From contig JAYYZJ010000004.1 in assembly GCA_036340075.1 (NCBI GenBank), forward strand, positions 1-64,000: a stretch of 64,000 nucleotides of DNA. Direction: 5' to 3'. A program made the position numbers and the translations under genes. Numbering within the stretch: the stretch's first letter is position 1; the number at the start of each line of letters is the position of its first letter. The notes under the pieces are model-generated. The model saw only the letters and a program-made list of their open reading frames with translations. It had not been told where the DNA came from and ran no database searches. Of this stretch, positions 40,770-52,199 are shown piece after piece. Source of the stretch: Thermodesulfobacteriota bacterium (GTDB taxonomy: Bacteria > Desulfobacterota_D > UBA1144).

Positions 40770-42080
40770 TTATGTCTGATGAACAGGTAAAAATAAATCT
40801 GTAAAATTTTTAACTGGTGTAAAGGATTTTTCGGAAATTTCAACAAAAGTAGTATGCCAATTATGCATTGAACCATTCCACAAACCTGGCTTCTCTACGA
40901 ATATTGCTTCTTTCTCTAAAATATTTTTCTTAGTTTTCATTTGAAGTGACATGTTTGAGTATTCAGATAAATCATACTTAAGGCCTTTCGAATCTTTAAA
41001 TGAACAAATCATTTCTACAGGATTAAAGTAAGTGCCTAGCTCCCAAATCTTTTTTTGTTCTCTATTGTTAAAGTCAACTTGGGATTCCTCGACAATTTGA
41101 AGTGAAAGATCCGTGCCATCTGAGACCCAAAAAGGCTTGCCACCTTTTGAATTTTGATCTTTTATAACTCCACATACTCGTATTGGTTTACCTAAAGTTT
41201 TGTTTTTATCTTTAATATTTCGTATTAACTTATACAGCATCTTCGTAATTTCATATCGTAAAGATTTAGTTTTTGGTGAAAGATTATCAATATTATTAAT
41301 CAGAATATAATCAGAATTAATTTCATTAAGATTTTTTAATAATGCACCATGACCTGAAGGATGGGTATATACCAGCCCGTCTTCTTTTCTTAGGACATTT
41401 TTGTTTTCATCAAAACACAAACTATCAGTTGAGTGGTCTTGATAAGTAAATTTTACAAATTCTTCAAAGTTAATATCATTTATGAACTTAGAGTTCTCTA
41501 ATTTTTTAAAATATTCGTCTTTATTCTCTTCCTGTATAGCAAAGATTAAATTTGAATTTACAATATCATTAGCAAAATAACTAATTATTTCTTCAATTGG
41601 TGAAACAGATAAATTGTTTATTTTATGAAATGGCAATAAAGCTTTAGGTGTATTTTTAAGATTCAATTTAAAATCTGATAATAATATATCTTCGAGTTCA
41701 TCAATATTCTTTTCTTTTATTATTGCTTCTAAATCAATATTATTTTTAGCAGAAAAATCATAAATTAATTCAAAGATTGGTGTAAATTTGAGATTATTAA
41801 AAAATGATTTATCGGAATCTTTTAACTGAAACATTCTTGTTCCAAATCCAGAAGCAGGAATAAATCTTGATATTTCATCTTCTGATTCATTTTTTAAATC
41901 AGCTATATTAACTGCTTCTTCTTTTGAAATAATTCCATCTCCCACAACACATGGCCTTATCAATTTTAGTTTAATTGGGTTATGTGAATCTAGAAATGAT
42001 ATTTGAGAATCTATATCTGATTTATTAATCCCAATAGATTCCAAATAAGATAAATCATTCTTGCTTATACTATGAATCAT
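40770..42080 (-). CDS. DUF4301 family protein
   Basis: RFIPASGFGTRMF, PKALLPFH, PSGHGALLKNLN, NIDN, PIRVCGV, GGKPFW, FNPV, EKPGLWNGSM. Confidence 0.8.
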   Translation of the reverse strand: MIHSISKNDLSYLESIGINKSDIDSQISFLDSHNPIKLKLIRPCVVGDGIISKEEAVNIADLKNESEDEISRFIPASGFGTRMFQLKDSDKSFFNNLKFTPIFELIYDFSAKNNIDLEAIIKEKNIDELEDILLSDFKLNLKNTPKALLPFHKINNLSVSPIEEIISYFANDIVNSNLIFAIQEENKDEYFKKLENSKFINDINFEEFVKFTYQDHSTDSLCFDENKNVLRKEDGLVYTHPSGHGALLKNLNEINSDYILINNIDNLSPKTKSLRYEITKMLYKLIRNIKDKNKTLGKPIRVCGVIKDQNSKGGKPFWVSDGTDLSLQIVEESQVDFNNREQKKIWELGTYFNPVEMICSFKDSKGLKYDLSEYSNMSLQMKTKKNILEKEAIFVEKPGLWNGSMHNWHTTFVEISEKSFTPVKNFTDLFLPVHQT

Positions 42081-42088
42081 AATATTAA

Positions 42089-42162
42089 CGGGGCCGACGG
42101 GATTCGAACCCGCGACCTCTGGCGTGACAGGCCAGCGTTCTAACCAGCTGAACTACGACCCC
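42089..42162 (-). tRNA. tRNA-Asp(GTC)
   Basis: Anticodon arm CTGGC-CTGTCAC-GCCAG; GGTTCGAATCC; no CCA. Confidence 0.95.
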
Positions 42163-42173
42163 TTTAAATTCAT

Positions 42174-42245
42174 TGGGCGCTACAGGATTTGAACCTGTGA
42201 CATCTTCCTTGTAAGGGAAGCGCTCTCCCGCTGAGCTAAGCGCCC
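42174..42245 (-). tRNA. tRNA-Val(TAC)
   Basis: Anticodon arm CTTCC-CTTACAA-GGAAG; no CCA. Confidence 0.95.
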
Positions 42246-42257
42246 GAATAGTTCTGT

Positions 42258-42285
42258 ATAGTATATTGAGCGGTTTAAATGTCAA
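42258..42285 (-). promoter_or_regulatory. Putative promoter for tRNA-Val/Asp
   Basis: TTGACA (overlapping the lon stop codon), 16 bp spacer, TACTAT. Confidence 0.6.
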
Positions 42286-44678
42286 GATAACCCGATAGGC
42301 TTCTCAGTCTTTTCAGTATCTACTGGAATATCAGGAACTACTAAATCTTCTAGAACGGGTTTGTCAGAAATAATAGCATGAGGAATCACTTCGTCCATGT
42401 GATTAACCAATACTATATTTACATCTTTCAAAACTTCTTTAGGTATATCAGCTAAATCTTTTTCGTTCTCTTTAGGAATTAGTACTACTTTTACCCCACC
42501 TCTGTGAGCTGCAAGAATTTTTTCTTTAAGTCCACCAATAGGAAGAACTCTTCCTCTTAATGTAATCTCTCCGGTCATAGCAAGGTCTCTTTTAACTTCC
42601 TTTTGAATTAATGCAGAAAGTATAGCAGTAGCCATGGCAATACCTGCAGACGGTCCATCCTTTGGCTGGGCTCCTTCTGGAATATGAACATGTATATCAA
42701 TTTTTTGATAAAAACTTCTATCTAGACCGAGTCTTTTTGCTCTAGATCTTACATAACTCATAGCGGCTCTAGTTGATTCTTGCATAACCTCTCCAAGTTT
42801 TCCAGTTACAGTAAAGGTGCCTTTACCAGGAACAACACTCACTTCAACATTCAGTATCTCTCCTCCTACCTCTGTCCAAGCTAACCCTGTTGACATACCT
42901 ATTTGATTCTTATCTTCTATTTCACCATGTTTGAATTTCGGCACACCTAAAAATTTTTGCACTATTTTTGGATTAATACTAAGTGAATAATCCTTACCAT
43001 TTTTAACAACTTCTTTAGCTGTTTTTCTACAAACAGTTCCGATTTCTCTCTCTAATGTTCTTACTCCTGCTTCTCTTGTATACCTTTGGATTAAAAAATT
43101 CAAAGACTTATCAGAGATTCTAATGTTTGAATCGGAAAGTCCATTATTTTCAACTTGTTTAGGTATTAAATATTTTTTAGCTATAGCATTTTTCTCTAAC
43201 TCTGTATATCCTGAAAGTTTTATAATTTCCATTCTATCTTGTAAGGCCCAAGGTATTGTATGTAATACATTAGCTGTAGTTATAAATAAAACCTGAGAAA
43301 GATCATAGTCGACTTCTAAATAATGATCATTGAAATTATTGTTCTGTTCAGGATCAAGAGCTTCTAGTAATGCGGAAGACGGATCTCCTCTAAAATCTGT
43401 TCCTATTTTATCTATTTCATCAAGTAGAAAAACTGGGTTCTTTGATCCAGCCTTCTTCATTCCTTGTATTATTTTTCCTGGAAGTGCTCCAATATAGGTT
43501 CTTCTGTGTCCTCTAATTTCAGCTTCATCTCGAACTCCGCCTAAAGACATCCTAACAAATTTTCTACCCATTGCTCTTGCTACTGACTTTGCCAAAGAAG
43601 TCTTTCCAACTCCTGGGGGTCCAACAAGACATAATATTGGTCCTTTTTGTTTTGACGTTAAAGCTCTTACTGCAAGATACTCAGTTATTCTTTCTTTTGG
43701 TTTTTCAAGACCAAAATGATCTTCATCTAAAACTTCTTGAGCTTTGTCAATCGACATTTCGTCCTTAGTAGTGTCATTGTTCCAAGGCAATGTAACTAGC
43801 CAATCGATATAATTTCTTACAACTGTTGCTTCAGCAGACATAGAAGACATACTTTTTAGCTTTCTTATCTCTTTTTCTATTCTTTTTTTAATATCGTCAG
43901 GTATGTCTTTCTTCTTTAATTGCTCTTCAAATTCTGCTATCTCACTTTTTAAATCATCCTTGTCGCCAAGTTCTTTTTGTATAGCTTTCATTTGTTCAGT
44001 TAGATAGTATTCTTTCTGAGCTTTTTCCATCTGTTTCTTTACTCTATTTCTAATTTTCTTTTCCACCTGAAGTATTTCTAATTCAGATTGAATTTTTCCA
44101 TATAATATTTCTAATCTTTCTGAACAATCTAAACATTCTAGAACTTCTTGTTTATCTGTTAGTTTAAAACTAAGATGTGAAGCAATAGTATCAGAAAGTT
44201 TGCTAGAATCTTCAATTGAAGAGATAGTAACAAGGGTTTCAGTTGGTACCTTCTTATTAAGTTTCGCATATTCCTCAAATGATTCTGTAAGAGTCCTCAT
44301 CATTGCATTAGTTTCTACATTTGTATCGTTTGTTTCTTTTAGGTCTTCTACATTTACGCTAATAAATTTATTTTCATCTGAAAAACTTTTAAGTAATGCT
44401 CTATTCTGCCCTTCTACTAAAACTTTAACTGTTCCATCAGGCAACCTAAGCATTTGAACTATACTGCCCACAGTACCTATTGTATAAATATCTTCAGGGC
44501 CCGGGTCATTTGTTTTTGCATCTTTTTGAGCACATAGAAGTATCTTTTTATCATTCTTCATTGCTTCTTCAAGAGCTCTAATCGATCTCTCTCTTCCAAC
44601 AAAAAGTGGTGCAACCATGTGTGGGAAAATAACAACGTCTCTTAGTGGAAGAAGTGGTATAGTGTAAGTCGTTTCCAT
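42282..44678 (-). CDS. lon: Lon protease
   Basis: [47 protein letters not shown]. Confidence 0.98.
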   Translation of the reverse strand: METTYTIPLLPLRDVVIFPHMVAPLFVGRERSIRALEEAMKNDKKILLCAQKDAKTNDPGPEDIYTIGTVGSIVQMLRLPDGTVKVLVEGQNRALLKSFSDENKFISVNVEDLKETNDTNVETNAMMRTLTESFEEYAKLNKKVPTETLVTISSIEDSSKLSDTIASHLSFKLTDKQEVLECLDCSERLEILYGKIQSELEILQVEKKIRNRVKKQMEKAQKEYYLTEQMKAIQKELGDKDDLKSEIAEFEEQLKKKDIPDDIKKRIEKEIRKLKSMSSMSAEATVVRNYIDWLVTLPWNNDTTKDEMSIDKAQEVLDEDHFGLEKPKERITEYLAVRALTSKQKGPILCLVGPPGVGKTSLAKSVARAMGRKFVRMSLGGVRDEAEIRGHRRTYIGALPGKIIQGMKKAGSKNPVFLLDEIDKIGTDFRGDPSSALLEALDPEQNNNFNDHYLEVDYDLSQVLFITTANVLHTIPWALQDRMEIIKLSGYTELEKNAIAKKYLIPKQVENNGLSDSNIRISDKSLNFLIQRYTREAGVRTLEREIGTVCRKTAKEVVKNGKDYSLSINPKIVQKFLGVPKFKHGEIEDKNQIGMSTGLAWTEVGGEILNVEVSVVPGKGTFTVTGKLGEVMQESTRAAMSYVRSRAKRLGLDRSFYQKIDIHVHIPEGAQPKDGPSAGIAMATAILSALIQKEVKRDLAMTGEITLRGRVLPIGGLKEKILAAHRGGVKVVLIPKENEKDLADIPKEVLKDVNIVLVNHMDEVIPHAIISDKPVLEDLVVPDIPVDTEKTEKPIGLS

Positions 44679-44786
44679 TATAAACCTCCTTACTGTCTTA
44701 TATATTCAAAGTTAACCATTAAATGAATTTATGCAAGGTTTTTGTATAAAATACTTAAAAAACTCTTGAAAATGGCAAGTTTTATA

Positions 44787-46064
44787 TCAATTTGAAGCCG
44801 TTTTTGCCTCATTATCAAAAGTTAGAAGTGGAGAAGTCCCCTTTTTAATTACATCTTCTGTTATTAGACATTTTTTTAAACCTTGCAATGATGGTATTTC
44901 ATAAATTAATTCAAGAATTGAATTCTCAATAATTGACCTTAATCCCCTGGCTCCTGTATCTCTTTTTATTGCTTCTTTTGCAATTGCTACTAACGAATCT
45001 TCAGTAAACTCCAAAGAGACTTTATCGTTAATCTTAACTAATTTCTGATATTGTTTAACTAAAGCATTTTTCGGTTCAGTAAGTATCCTGATTAAAGCAT
45101 CTTCGTCTAACTTGTCTAGAGATGAAATTACTGGGACTCTGCCTATAAATTCTGGTATAAAACCAAATTTGATTAAATCTTCTGAATGTAAAGACTTCAT
45201 ACATTCACTCAACTCCAATTCTTTTGAGCTTTTAGTCTCATTTTGACCAAAGCCAATAGTGTTTCTTCCTATTCTTGCTGCTATTAACTTATCAAGCCCG
45301 CTGAAGGATCCTCCTAAAATAAAAAGTATTTTGGTTGTATCTATAGGTATAAAATCTTGTTGTGGATGTTTTCTCCCTTGCTTTGGAGGTACATTAACTA
45401 TAGAACCTTCTATTATTTTCAATAATGCCTGTTGTACTCCTTCTCCAGATACGTCTCTTGTTATAGATGGACTATCACCGCTTTTTCGTGCAAGTTTATC
45501 AATTTCATCAATATATATTATTCCTCTTTCAGTTTCTTTGGTGTCAAAATCAGCTGCCTGATGCAAACTAAAAAGCATGCTTTCTACATCTTCTCCAACA
45601 TATCCTGCTTCCGTATAACAGGTAGCATCTACAATTGTAAAAGGTACATTTAGAAATTTTGCAAGGGTTTGAGCAAGCAATGTCTTTCCGGATCCAGTTG
45701 GTCCAATAAGCATTATATTACTTTTCTCTATCTCAACTTCTTCGTCTTGATTCTTTCTTTTCTTAGGAGCTGAATTGTGCTCGATTCTCTTATAATGATT
45801 ATAAACAGCAACTGATAAATATTTTTTTGCTTGATCTTGTCCTATTACATAAGAATCTAAATGTGCTTTTATCTCTTGAGGAATTGGGAGCTCTGTTTTT
45901 TCAACAGATTCGACAGTTTGAATTTCTTCGTCTTCTATGATTTCAACACATAAATCTACACATTCATTACAAATATAAACGGTCGGTCCCGCTATTAGCT
46001 TTTTAACTTCCTTCTGACTTTTTTGACAAAATGAGCATATAAGGTTATCTCTCGCAGGCGACAT
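44787..46064 (-). CDS. clpX: ClpX ATPase
   Basis: CSFC..ICNEC zinc domain, [28 protein letters not shown] loop. Confidence 0.97.
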   Translation of the reverse strand: MSPARDNLICSFCQKSQKEVKKLIAGPTVYICNECVDLCVEIIEDEEIQTVESVEKTELPIPQEIKAHLDSYVIGQDQAKKYLSVAVYNHYKRIEHNSAPKKRKNQDEEVEIEKSNIMLIGPTGSGKTLLAQTLAKFLNVPFTIVDATCYTEAGYVGEDVESMLFSLHQAADFDTKETERGIIYIDEIDKLARKSGDSPSITRDVSGEGVQQALLKIIEGSIVNVPPKQGRKHPQQDFIPIDTTKILFILGGSFSGLDKLIAARIGRNTIGFGQNETKSSKELELSECMKSLHSEDLIKFGFIPEFIGRVPVISSLDKLDEDALIRILTEPKNALVKQYQKLVKINDKVSLEFTEDSLVAIAKEAIKRDTGARGLRSIIENSILELIYEIPSLQGLKKCLITEDVIKKGTSPLLTFDNEAKTASN

Positions 46065-46660
46065 TATACTTTCTCCTCTTTTTTAGTGATAATATTATCA
46101 ATGATTCCATACTCTAAGGCCTCTTTGGCGGTCTGGTAAAAATTTCTTTGTAGATCTATGCTAATTTGAGCTTCTTCTTTTTTTAGATGCTTAGAAAGAA
46201 TTTTGGATAATATTTCCTGTTTTCTTTTTGTTTCTTCCATTTCTTTTTCTAAGTCATGAAATTGACCATCTAATCTTGTTCCGACTGAGTGAAGCATGAT
46301 AGTTGAATTGGGTAATGAATTTCTTTTTTTATTTGCACCACTTGCAAGTAATACTGCTCCCATACTAGCAGCTAGACCAAAACAAAGTGTTGATACGTCT
46401 GGTTTAACATATTGCATTGCATCATAAATTGCTAGACCTGATGTAACGCTTCCACCGGGGGAATTAATGTACAAATTTATATCTTTTTTGCTATCAACAG
46501 ATTCAAGAAATAAAATCTGTGCAACTACAACATTTGCTACATTGTCATCTATTGCGCCTCCAATAAAAACAATCCTCTCATTAAGTAGTCTGGAATAAAT
46601 ATCGTAGGCTCTTTCTCCACCTGATCCTTGTTCTACAACATAAGGTATGAAACTTGACAT
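46064..46660 (-). CDS. clpP: ClpP-family peptidase subunit (catalytic Asp replaced by Asn)
   Basis: [30 protein letters not shown]; between tig and clpX; start set at MSSFIP (46660). Confidence 0.92.
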   Translation of the reverse strand: MSSFIPYVVEQGSGGERAYDIYSRLLNERIVFIGGAIDDNVANVVVAQILFLESVDSKKDINLYINSPGGSVTSGLAIYDAMQYVKPDVSTLCFGLAASMGAVLLASGANKKRNSLPNSTIMLHSVGTRLDGQFHDLEKEMEETKRKQEILSKILSKHLKKEEAQISIDLQRNFYQTAKEALEYGIIDNIITKKEEKV

Positions 46661-46716
46661 AATGCAGTCTAATTTAAACAAAATTTATTTTATAGTCAAT
46701 TAAGCAAAATGCTTAA

Positions 46717-48006
46717 CTATTTAGGGACTTTTGCTTTAATTTCCTTAATTTTTGCCTTAGAAATAAGAAATTTAATAACTTTTTCATCTGCTAGCTTAGC
46801 TCTAATATCGTCAACAAGATTATTTTCTTGATAATATTTCTTAATTTTTTCTATCGGAACATTTTGAGTAGAAGCCATACTGTTAAAGACTTCTTCTATC
46901 TCTTCATCAGAGACAGATATCTTCTCTAATTTTGCAATCTCTGCAAAGATAAGTGCAAGATTAATGTTTCTTTTTGCAGACTCGCTGATTAGCTCACTGG
47001 TTTTAGCGTCTACCTTGTCTAAATTCATCCCTTGTTCTTTCATTCTATTGATATATTCATTTGTGAGTCTTTCCTCTTCGTTTTTGACAAAAAAATCTGG
47101 GAATTCTAATTTGTTCTTTGAAACTAATAGGTCTCCTAAATTCTTCCTTAGAGAAGACTCGGACTTTGAATCGAAAGATTTTGTTAAATCTTCTTTAACT
47201 CTTTCCTCTAGTTGTTTTTTTGATTCGAAACCAATTCTTTTTAAAAACTCTTTATCTAATTTTGGTACGACTCTCTTTAGAATCTTGTTGACTTTTATAT
47301 TACATTCTATTCTTTTCCCTGCTGCGCTTTGGATTGGAAAATCAACAGGATAGTTAACATCAAAAGTTTTTTCTTCTTCTTGATTCATTTTTAATAATTC
47401 CTTTTCTATCTCTGGAATCAAGGATTTATTTCCGAGTGAAATAACAGCATTGTCACGTGATAATTCTTTGATTAATTGATCACCAAATTTTCCTGAGAAA
47501 TTAATCTCCAATATATCTAAGTCTTTTACTTTTTTTCTATTTTTTATTTCTTCGTTTGTAGCAAAATTCTCCAAGAGATTTTTTATAGCATCGTCAATAT
47601 CCTTCTTCTTTACAGAAAAGATTTCTTTTTTAACTTCTACTGAATCATACTTAGATAATTTAATTTCTGGAATAAATTCCACCGTTAAAGAAAAGGAGAA
47701 ATCTTGGTCCTTTCTTATTTCGTCAGACTCTAAATCTTTAGTTCTTACAATGTTTAGTTTTTGTTCAGATGCAAGTTTTCTTAGATTTAAATTAATCAAT
47801 CTAGTGCGTAATTCTTCATTTATTTCATTTGAATACATGGATTCAACAACATTACTAGGCACTTTTCCTTTTCTGAATCCTTTTATTTCAGCATCTTTCT
47901 GAAATAGCTTAACTACATCGGCAAAGTTGTCATTTACGTCAGATTTACTAACAATAATCTTCGCTTTTTTTTCTGTTTTACTTAAATCATTTATCTCAAA
48001 TCCCAT
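46717..48006 (-). CDS. tig: Trigger factor
   Basis: IKGFRKGKVP ribosome-binding motif; position between tRNA-Leu and clpP; start at ATG 48006 with GGAGA RBS (longer ORF overlaps the tRNA). Confidence 0.9.
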   Translation of the reverse strand: MGFEINDLSKTEKKAKIIVSKSDVNDNFADVVKLFQKDAEIKGFRKGKVPSNVVESMYSNEINEELRTRLINLNLRKLASEQKLNIVRTKDLESDEIRKDQDFSFSLTVEFIPEIKLSKYDSVEVKKEIFSVKKKDIDDAIKNLLENFATNEEIKNRKKVKDLDILEINFSGKFGDQLIKELSRDNAVISLGNKSLIPEIEKELLKMNQEEEKTFDVNYPVDFPIQSAAGKRIECNIKVNKILKRVVPKLDKEFLKRIGFESKKQLEERVKEDLTKSFDSKSESSLRKNLGDLLVSKNKLEFPDFFVKNEEERLTNEYINRMKEQGMNLDKVDAKTSELISESAKRNINLALIFAEIAKLEKISVSDEEIEEVFNSMASTQNVPIEKIKKYYQENNLVDDIRAKLADEKVIKFLISKAKIKEIKAKVPK

Positions 48007-48018
48007 ATCGTCTCCAAT

Positions 48019-48100
48019 TGGGAGCGGGGAGACTCGAACTCCCACACCCGAAGGCGCTAGATCCTAAATCTAGTGCGTCTACCAATTCCGCCACGCTCCC
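48019..48100 (-). tRNA. tRNA-Leu(TAG)
   Basis: Anticodon arm CTAGA-TTTAGGA-TCTAG, variable arm; no CCA. Confidence 0.95.
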
Positions 48101-48131
48101 ATTCACAATATTTGTATCTTGTGAAAGAGTA

Positions 48132-48159
48132 AATATAATCGTTATCCATACAAAATCAA
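48132..48159 (-). promoter_or_regulatory. Putative promoter for tRNA-Leu-tig
   Basis: TTGATT-16 bp-TATATT on minus strand. Confidence 0.5.
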
Positions 48160-48169
48160 TTAATGTAGT

Positions 48170-50767
48170 TTATGCTGGATCGACTGACACGGTTACTTTG
48201 TTTTTTTTGTAAAGATAATTTTGTATGGCTTTATTTATTGATTCTTGAGAGACTTTCCTAATTTTTTCTGAGAAATCAAAAGGTTCAGTTAAATCTAAAT
48301 TATATAATGCTGCATGAGAAATTCTTGCATTAATAGAGGAGTTTCTTTGAAGCGATATGTCATTTCTTCCAATTAAATAATTTTTTGCTCTTTCTAGTTC
48401 TTTTTCTGTTACTCCATTACTTGCTAAATTTTCAATCTCTTTATTAATCGAATCAATGCTTTGATTTTTCTTATCTGGTGAACAGCCAATGTAGACACCA
48501 AAATATCCATAATCAAGATTAGGATTAAAAAATGATGATACCGTATAAGCTAAACTTCTTTTTTCTCGTAATTCCATAAATAACCTGCCTCCCATTCCAG
48601 ACAAGATAGAATTAATTAAATGAAAAGCATACTTATCATCAGAATGTAGATTTGGAGCATAAGTTCCAATGATTATGTGAGACTGTTCTTTATCGCCCAT
48701 CTTTATCGACTCGTTGATATCATGATTTATCAATTTGCAGTCATCATTATTAGGGAAGTCTGTCTTGGCTTGTTCAAGCAAAAGAGACTCATCTAATTTG
48801 TCTACTAATTCAACAACATCAAAATTTCCTACTGCAGAGAGATATATATTGTTTTTTGATATAAAGTTTTGGTGTGCTCTTACTAAATTATCTCTATTTA
48901 TGTTGGCAATACTTTCTTCAGTACCAAATTGATCGAAAGAGTATGGATGGTTATTGAATAACAATTCAAAAAATTTATCGGCTACTATGGAAGCATAATT
49001 CTGCTTTTTTCTATTTAAATATGAAAGTACATCTTTTTTTGCTATTTTGATTTCCGAGTCAGAAAAAACTGGTCTTGCTATGACATCAGAAAATATAGGA
49101 ACAAGCTCGTTAAGATTTGCACTTGGTCCTATCATTTTTAACCCTAGACTATTTCTTCCTGAAAATCCTTCAATTTCTGCCGCTAAAATTTCTGTATTCA
49201 TTGCTATATAATCTTTACTATAATTTTCAGAACCTCTAGTAAATAATTCTGAAAGTAAGTTGAATTTCCCATTTATATTTTTTGTTTCAAATTTTGATCC
49301 ACCTAATGAAACTGATCTAAGAGATATTAGAGGTGTTTTTTTATTTTGTAATACAATTAATTTTACTCCCCCCTTTAAATTTAAAACTTTGGGAACTGAG
49401 TAATCAATATCAAAAGTATTATAGCTTTTTGAAACAAATGAACTAAAAGTCTTTTTGTCATACGAAAGCTCTTCTTTGAAAGATTTTTTTAGAAGAATTT
49501 TGAGTTGTTCAGAGCTTTCTTTTTTTGAGTCCTTTGGCAAAATTAGATTTAAAGATAAGTTTTCGGGTTTGATAAATTGATTAGAAATCTCGCTAAGCTT
49601 TTCTGGGCTTATTGATTTTATGGAGTCTAAATATATTTTTTCAAAATCAAGAGATCCTGCTTCAGACTCTAAAAAGCCAATTTTTTGTGCCTGGCTTTGA
49701 ACAGTTTCGTTTTCATAAAGATTCTGGGTCAATAGTTCAGTTTTTGCTCTCTGAAATTGGTTGGAATCAAAATCAAGATTAATTACTTTTCGAGTCTCTT
49801 CAATAATTAACTTTAGTGAATCTTTAAGATTGCTTGATAAAACTGTACCCCCTATGACGAATACCCCTCCATGTCTTGCTGAAAAATTATATGAGTAAAT
49901 CGAAGTCACGAGTCCTAGTTCTTCTTTTAATTTTTTGTTCAATATAGAACTCTCTCCAGAACCTAACATTACTCCAAAGAGATCGAGAGTACTTGTTTTC
50001 ATATTAGAGGCTTTTTCAGTTCTAAATGAAAGAGCAAAATAAGTTTCATTGACCTCTCGATAATCAACATCAACATTAAGTCCTGTCGCTTGAAACTTAT
50101 CAGAAAATTTTTCATCAGCAACATCTTTTGATTTAATTTTGCCAAATGTTGCATCTATATTATCTTTTAAATCTTTTCCTTCTTTTCCGGTAACAACTAT
50201 TAAATTCATATTTTTCGCATGATACCACTTGTTGTAAAAGGCTTCTAAATCTTCTCTTTTGAATCTGCTTACGCTCTTTGGAGTTCCTATAATTGGCAAT
50301 CCATAATTGTTATCCTTGAAAGACTGAGAAAAAATCATCTGACTTAAACATCTACTTGGGCTATCCTCACCCCTTTTTATTTCCTCTAGAATAACCTCTA
50401 ATTCTTTTTTTAATTCATCTTCATCAAATAATGGATTAGAAACAGATTCGGAAAGTATATTGAGAGCAATATCGGCAAAATCATTTGAAATTGTTGTGTA
50501 GTAAACAGTTTCATCATAAGAAGTAAAAGCATTTATATCCCCGCCGTGAGATTCGATTTGCCTTGAAATTTCTCCTACTTTGAGATTTGGAGTTCCTTTG
50601 AAGATCATATGTTCATTTACATGAGCAATTCCTCTCTGGGAATCGTCCTCATAAGCACTTCCTGTATTTATCCATACAAAAATTGAAGTAACAGGAGATA
50701 AAAAATCTGTCTTAATTATTACTTTTAAACCATTATCTAAAAAATATTGGGTAATTTCTTCTGACAT
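48170..50767 (-). CDS. M16 (insulinase/pitrilysin) family zinc peptidase, fused two-module type
   Basis: LDNGL, GIAHVNEHMIFKGT (HxxEH), INAFTSYDETVY; second module with RLFMELREKRSLAY. Confidence 0.9.
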   Translation of the reverse strand: MSEEITQYFLDNGLKVIIKTDFLSPVTSIFVWINTGSAYEDDSQRGIAHVNEHMIFKGTPNLKVGEISRQIESHGGDINAFTSYDETVYYTTISNDFADIALNILSESVSNPLFDEDELKKELEVILEEIKRGEDSPSRCLSQMIFSQSFKDNNYGLPIIGTPKSVSRFKREDLEAFYNKWYHAKNMNLIVVTGKEGKDLKDNIDATFGKIKSKDVADEKFSDKFQATGLNVDVDYREVNETYFALSFRTEKASNMKTSTLDLFGVMLGSGESSILNKKLKEELGLVTSIYSYNFSARHGGVFVIGGTVLSSNLKDSLKLIIEETRKVINLDFDSNQFQRAKTELLTQNLYENETVQSQAQKIGFLESEAGSLDFEKIYLDSIKSISPEKLSEISNQFIKPENLSLNLILPKDSKKESSEQLKILLKKSFKEELSYDKKTFSSFVSKSYNTFDIDYSVPKVLNLKGGVKLIVLQNKKTPLISLRSVSLGGSKFETKNINGKFNLLSELFTRGSENYSKDYIAMNTEILAAEIEGFSGRNSLGLKMIGPSANLNELVPIFSDVIARPVFSDSEIKIAKKDVLSYLNRKKQNYASIVADKFFELLFNNHPYSFDQFGTEESIANINRDNLVRAHQNFISKNNIYLSAVGNFDVVELVDKLDESLLLEQAKTDFPNNDDCKLINHDINESIKMGDKEQSHIIIGTYAPNLHSDDKYAFHLINSILSGMGGRLFMELREKRSLAYTVSSFFNPNLDYGYFGVYIGCSPDKKNQSIDSINKEIENLASNGVTEKELERAKNYLIGRNDISLQRNSSINARISHAALYNLDLTEPFDFSEKIRKVSQESINKAIQNYLYKKNKVTVSVDPA

Positions 50768-51550
50768 CTATTGTGTTTCTAAGTCAAAAACCTTTTTCTT
50801 TTTTATTTTCTGCAAACAGAAGCGAGCTAAACTAAATACTAAATAAGAATAGAACAAGACAAATGATCCAATTTCAATATGAGTCAATATGGCTACAGAT
50901 ATTATAGATACAATAACTAATGCATTAAATTTTTTCATTTTGTTCAAAAAAGTCTTTTTAGTAAAAATAATATTGCTAACCATTAACATGCCGACTATAG
51001 GAAAGAAGACTAAAAAAATGTTTCGAACAATATCGTTTCCAAATAATGAGAATTTGTAATCAATAAGAATTAATGAAATTATCAACCCTGCACCCATTGG
51101 ACTTGGTAGACCAACAAAAAAGTTCTCTTTTTCATTATGTGATAATGCATTAAATCTGGAGAGTCTTAATGCAACACATACGACAAAAAAAACACAGCAC
51201 ATTATTCCTAATTTTCCATAATGAGATAGATAAGTAACATAAATTAGAAAGGATGGTGCAAATCCGAAACAAATTAAATCAGAAAGAGAATCGTAATGCA
51301 TACCAAACTCAGAATCTTTATTAAGTAATCGTGCGATCTTTCCATCTATAAAATCTATAAATGCTGATATATATAAAAAAATACAAGACCACCACAAAGG
51401 ATTTTCAGTTATCAATTTAGTATCAATCCCTATAAATGAATTATTACCTGGCAAAATTTTTAGAATATTAAATACTGACAACAATCCAAAGCATAAAGAA
51501 AAAGTTGTCAAAATATTTGGTATAAGAGATATAATTCTTTTATTTTTCAT
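50768..51550 (-). CDS. pssA: CDP-diacylglycerol--serine O-phosphatidyltransferase
   Basis: IPNILT, DFIDGKIAR..SEFG..DSLSD.ICFG, LRLSRFN, FVGLPSP; adjacent to psd. Confidence 0.9.
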   Translation of the reverse strand: MKNKRIISLIPNILTTFSLCFGLLSVFNILKILPGNNSFIGIDTKLITENPLWWSCIFLYISAFIDFIDGKIARLLNKDSEFGMHYDSLSDLICFGFAPSFLIYVTYLSHYGKLGIMCCVFFVVCVALRLSRFNALSHNEKENFFVGLPSPMGAGLIISLILIDYKFSLFGNDIVRNIFLVFFPIVGMLMVSNIIFTKKTFLNKMKKFNALVIVSIISVAILTHIEIGSFVLFYSYLVFSLARFCLQKIKKKKVFDLETQ

Positions 51551-51551
51551 A

Positions 51552-52199
51552 TCAACCTTCTTTTCTGAATAATATTGTCTCTCCTGCAACAACATTATCG
51601 CCCGGCTTTAGATTTGTAATATAAGAAGTTGGAACGTGTATGTCGACTCTAGATCCAAATTTAATTATTCCTATTCTATCACCTCTTTCTAAAACTGAAC
51701 TAGTATTAATATAACTAACTATTCTTCTTGCAATAAACCCTGCATATAAAATTAATACATGACTTTCATTATTTTCTGTTTTTAAATGTAAACATAATCG
51801 CTCGTTTTCTATAGCTTTTTCAGAGTTTGCGAAGTGAAATTCTCCATCATGATGAACATGAGCAACAACCGAAGATTTGATTGGAGAACGAGCTATATGA
51901 GCGTCAAAAATTGAAAGAAAAATGCATATTCTGTGCATTTCATTATTAGTAAATTCAGATTCATTAATTTTATCTATGGATATTATTTTTCCATCGGCCG
52001 GTGAAATTATACCTTCTTCGTTTGGTATAATTCTCTCAGGATCTCGAAAGAAATACAGAATAATTAAAAATACTAGAAAAAGAATCAACGATATGAGAGA
52101 AAGACCAAAAAAGGCAGTTCCTAACCAACAAACAAAGAAAGAAGTTAATATTGGTAAATATCCTTCTTTTGCAACTGACCAATTATAATCTATCTTCAT
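51552..52199 (-). CDS. psd: Phosphatidylserine decarboxylase proenzyme
   Basis: FFRDPER, SPADG, IFLSIFDAH, IKFGSRVD self-cleavage motif. Confidence 0.92.
   Translation of the reverse strand: MKIDYNWSVAKEGYLPILTSFFVCWLGTAFFGLSLISLILFLVFLIILYFFRDPERIIPNEEGIISPADGKIISIDKINESEFTNNEMHRICIFLSIFDAHIARSPIKSSVVAHVHHDGEFHFANSEKAIENERLCLHLKTENNESHVLILYAGFIARRIVSYINTSSVLERGDRIGIIKFGSRVDIHVPTSYITNLKPGDNVVAGETILFRKEG

Noticed and set aside
47449..47464. Possible parS site (ATTGTCACGTGATAAT) inside tig
   Set aside because: Only the TCACGTGA core matches; the flanks differ from GTTTCACGTGAAAC
48102..48150. TTCACAA-N10-TTGTGAA inverted repeat and a DnaA-like TTATCCATA
   Set aside because: Orientation and spacing do not fit a Rex box; more likely a tRNA leader hairpin. 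One imperfect DnaA box is not an origin
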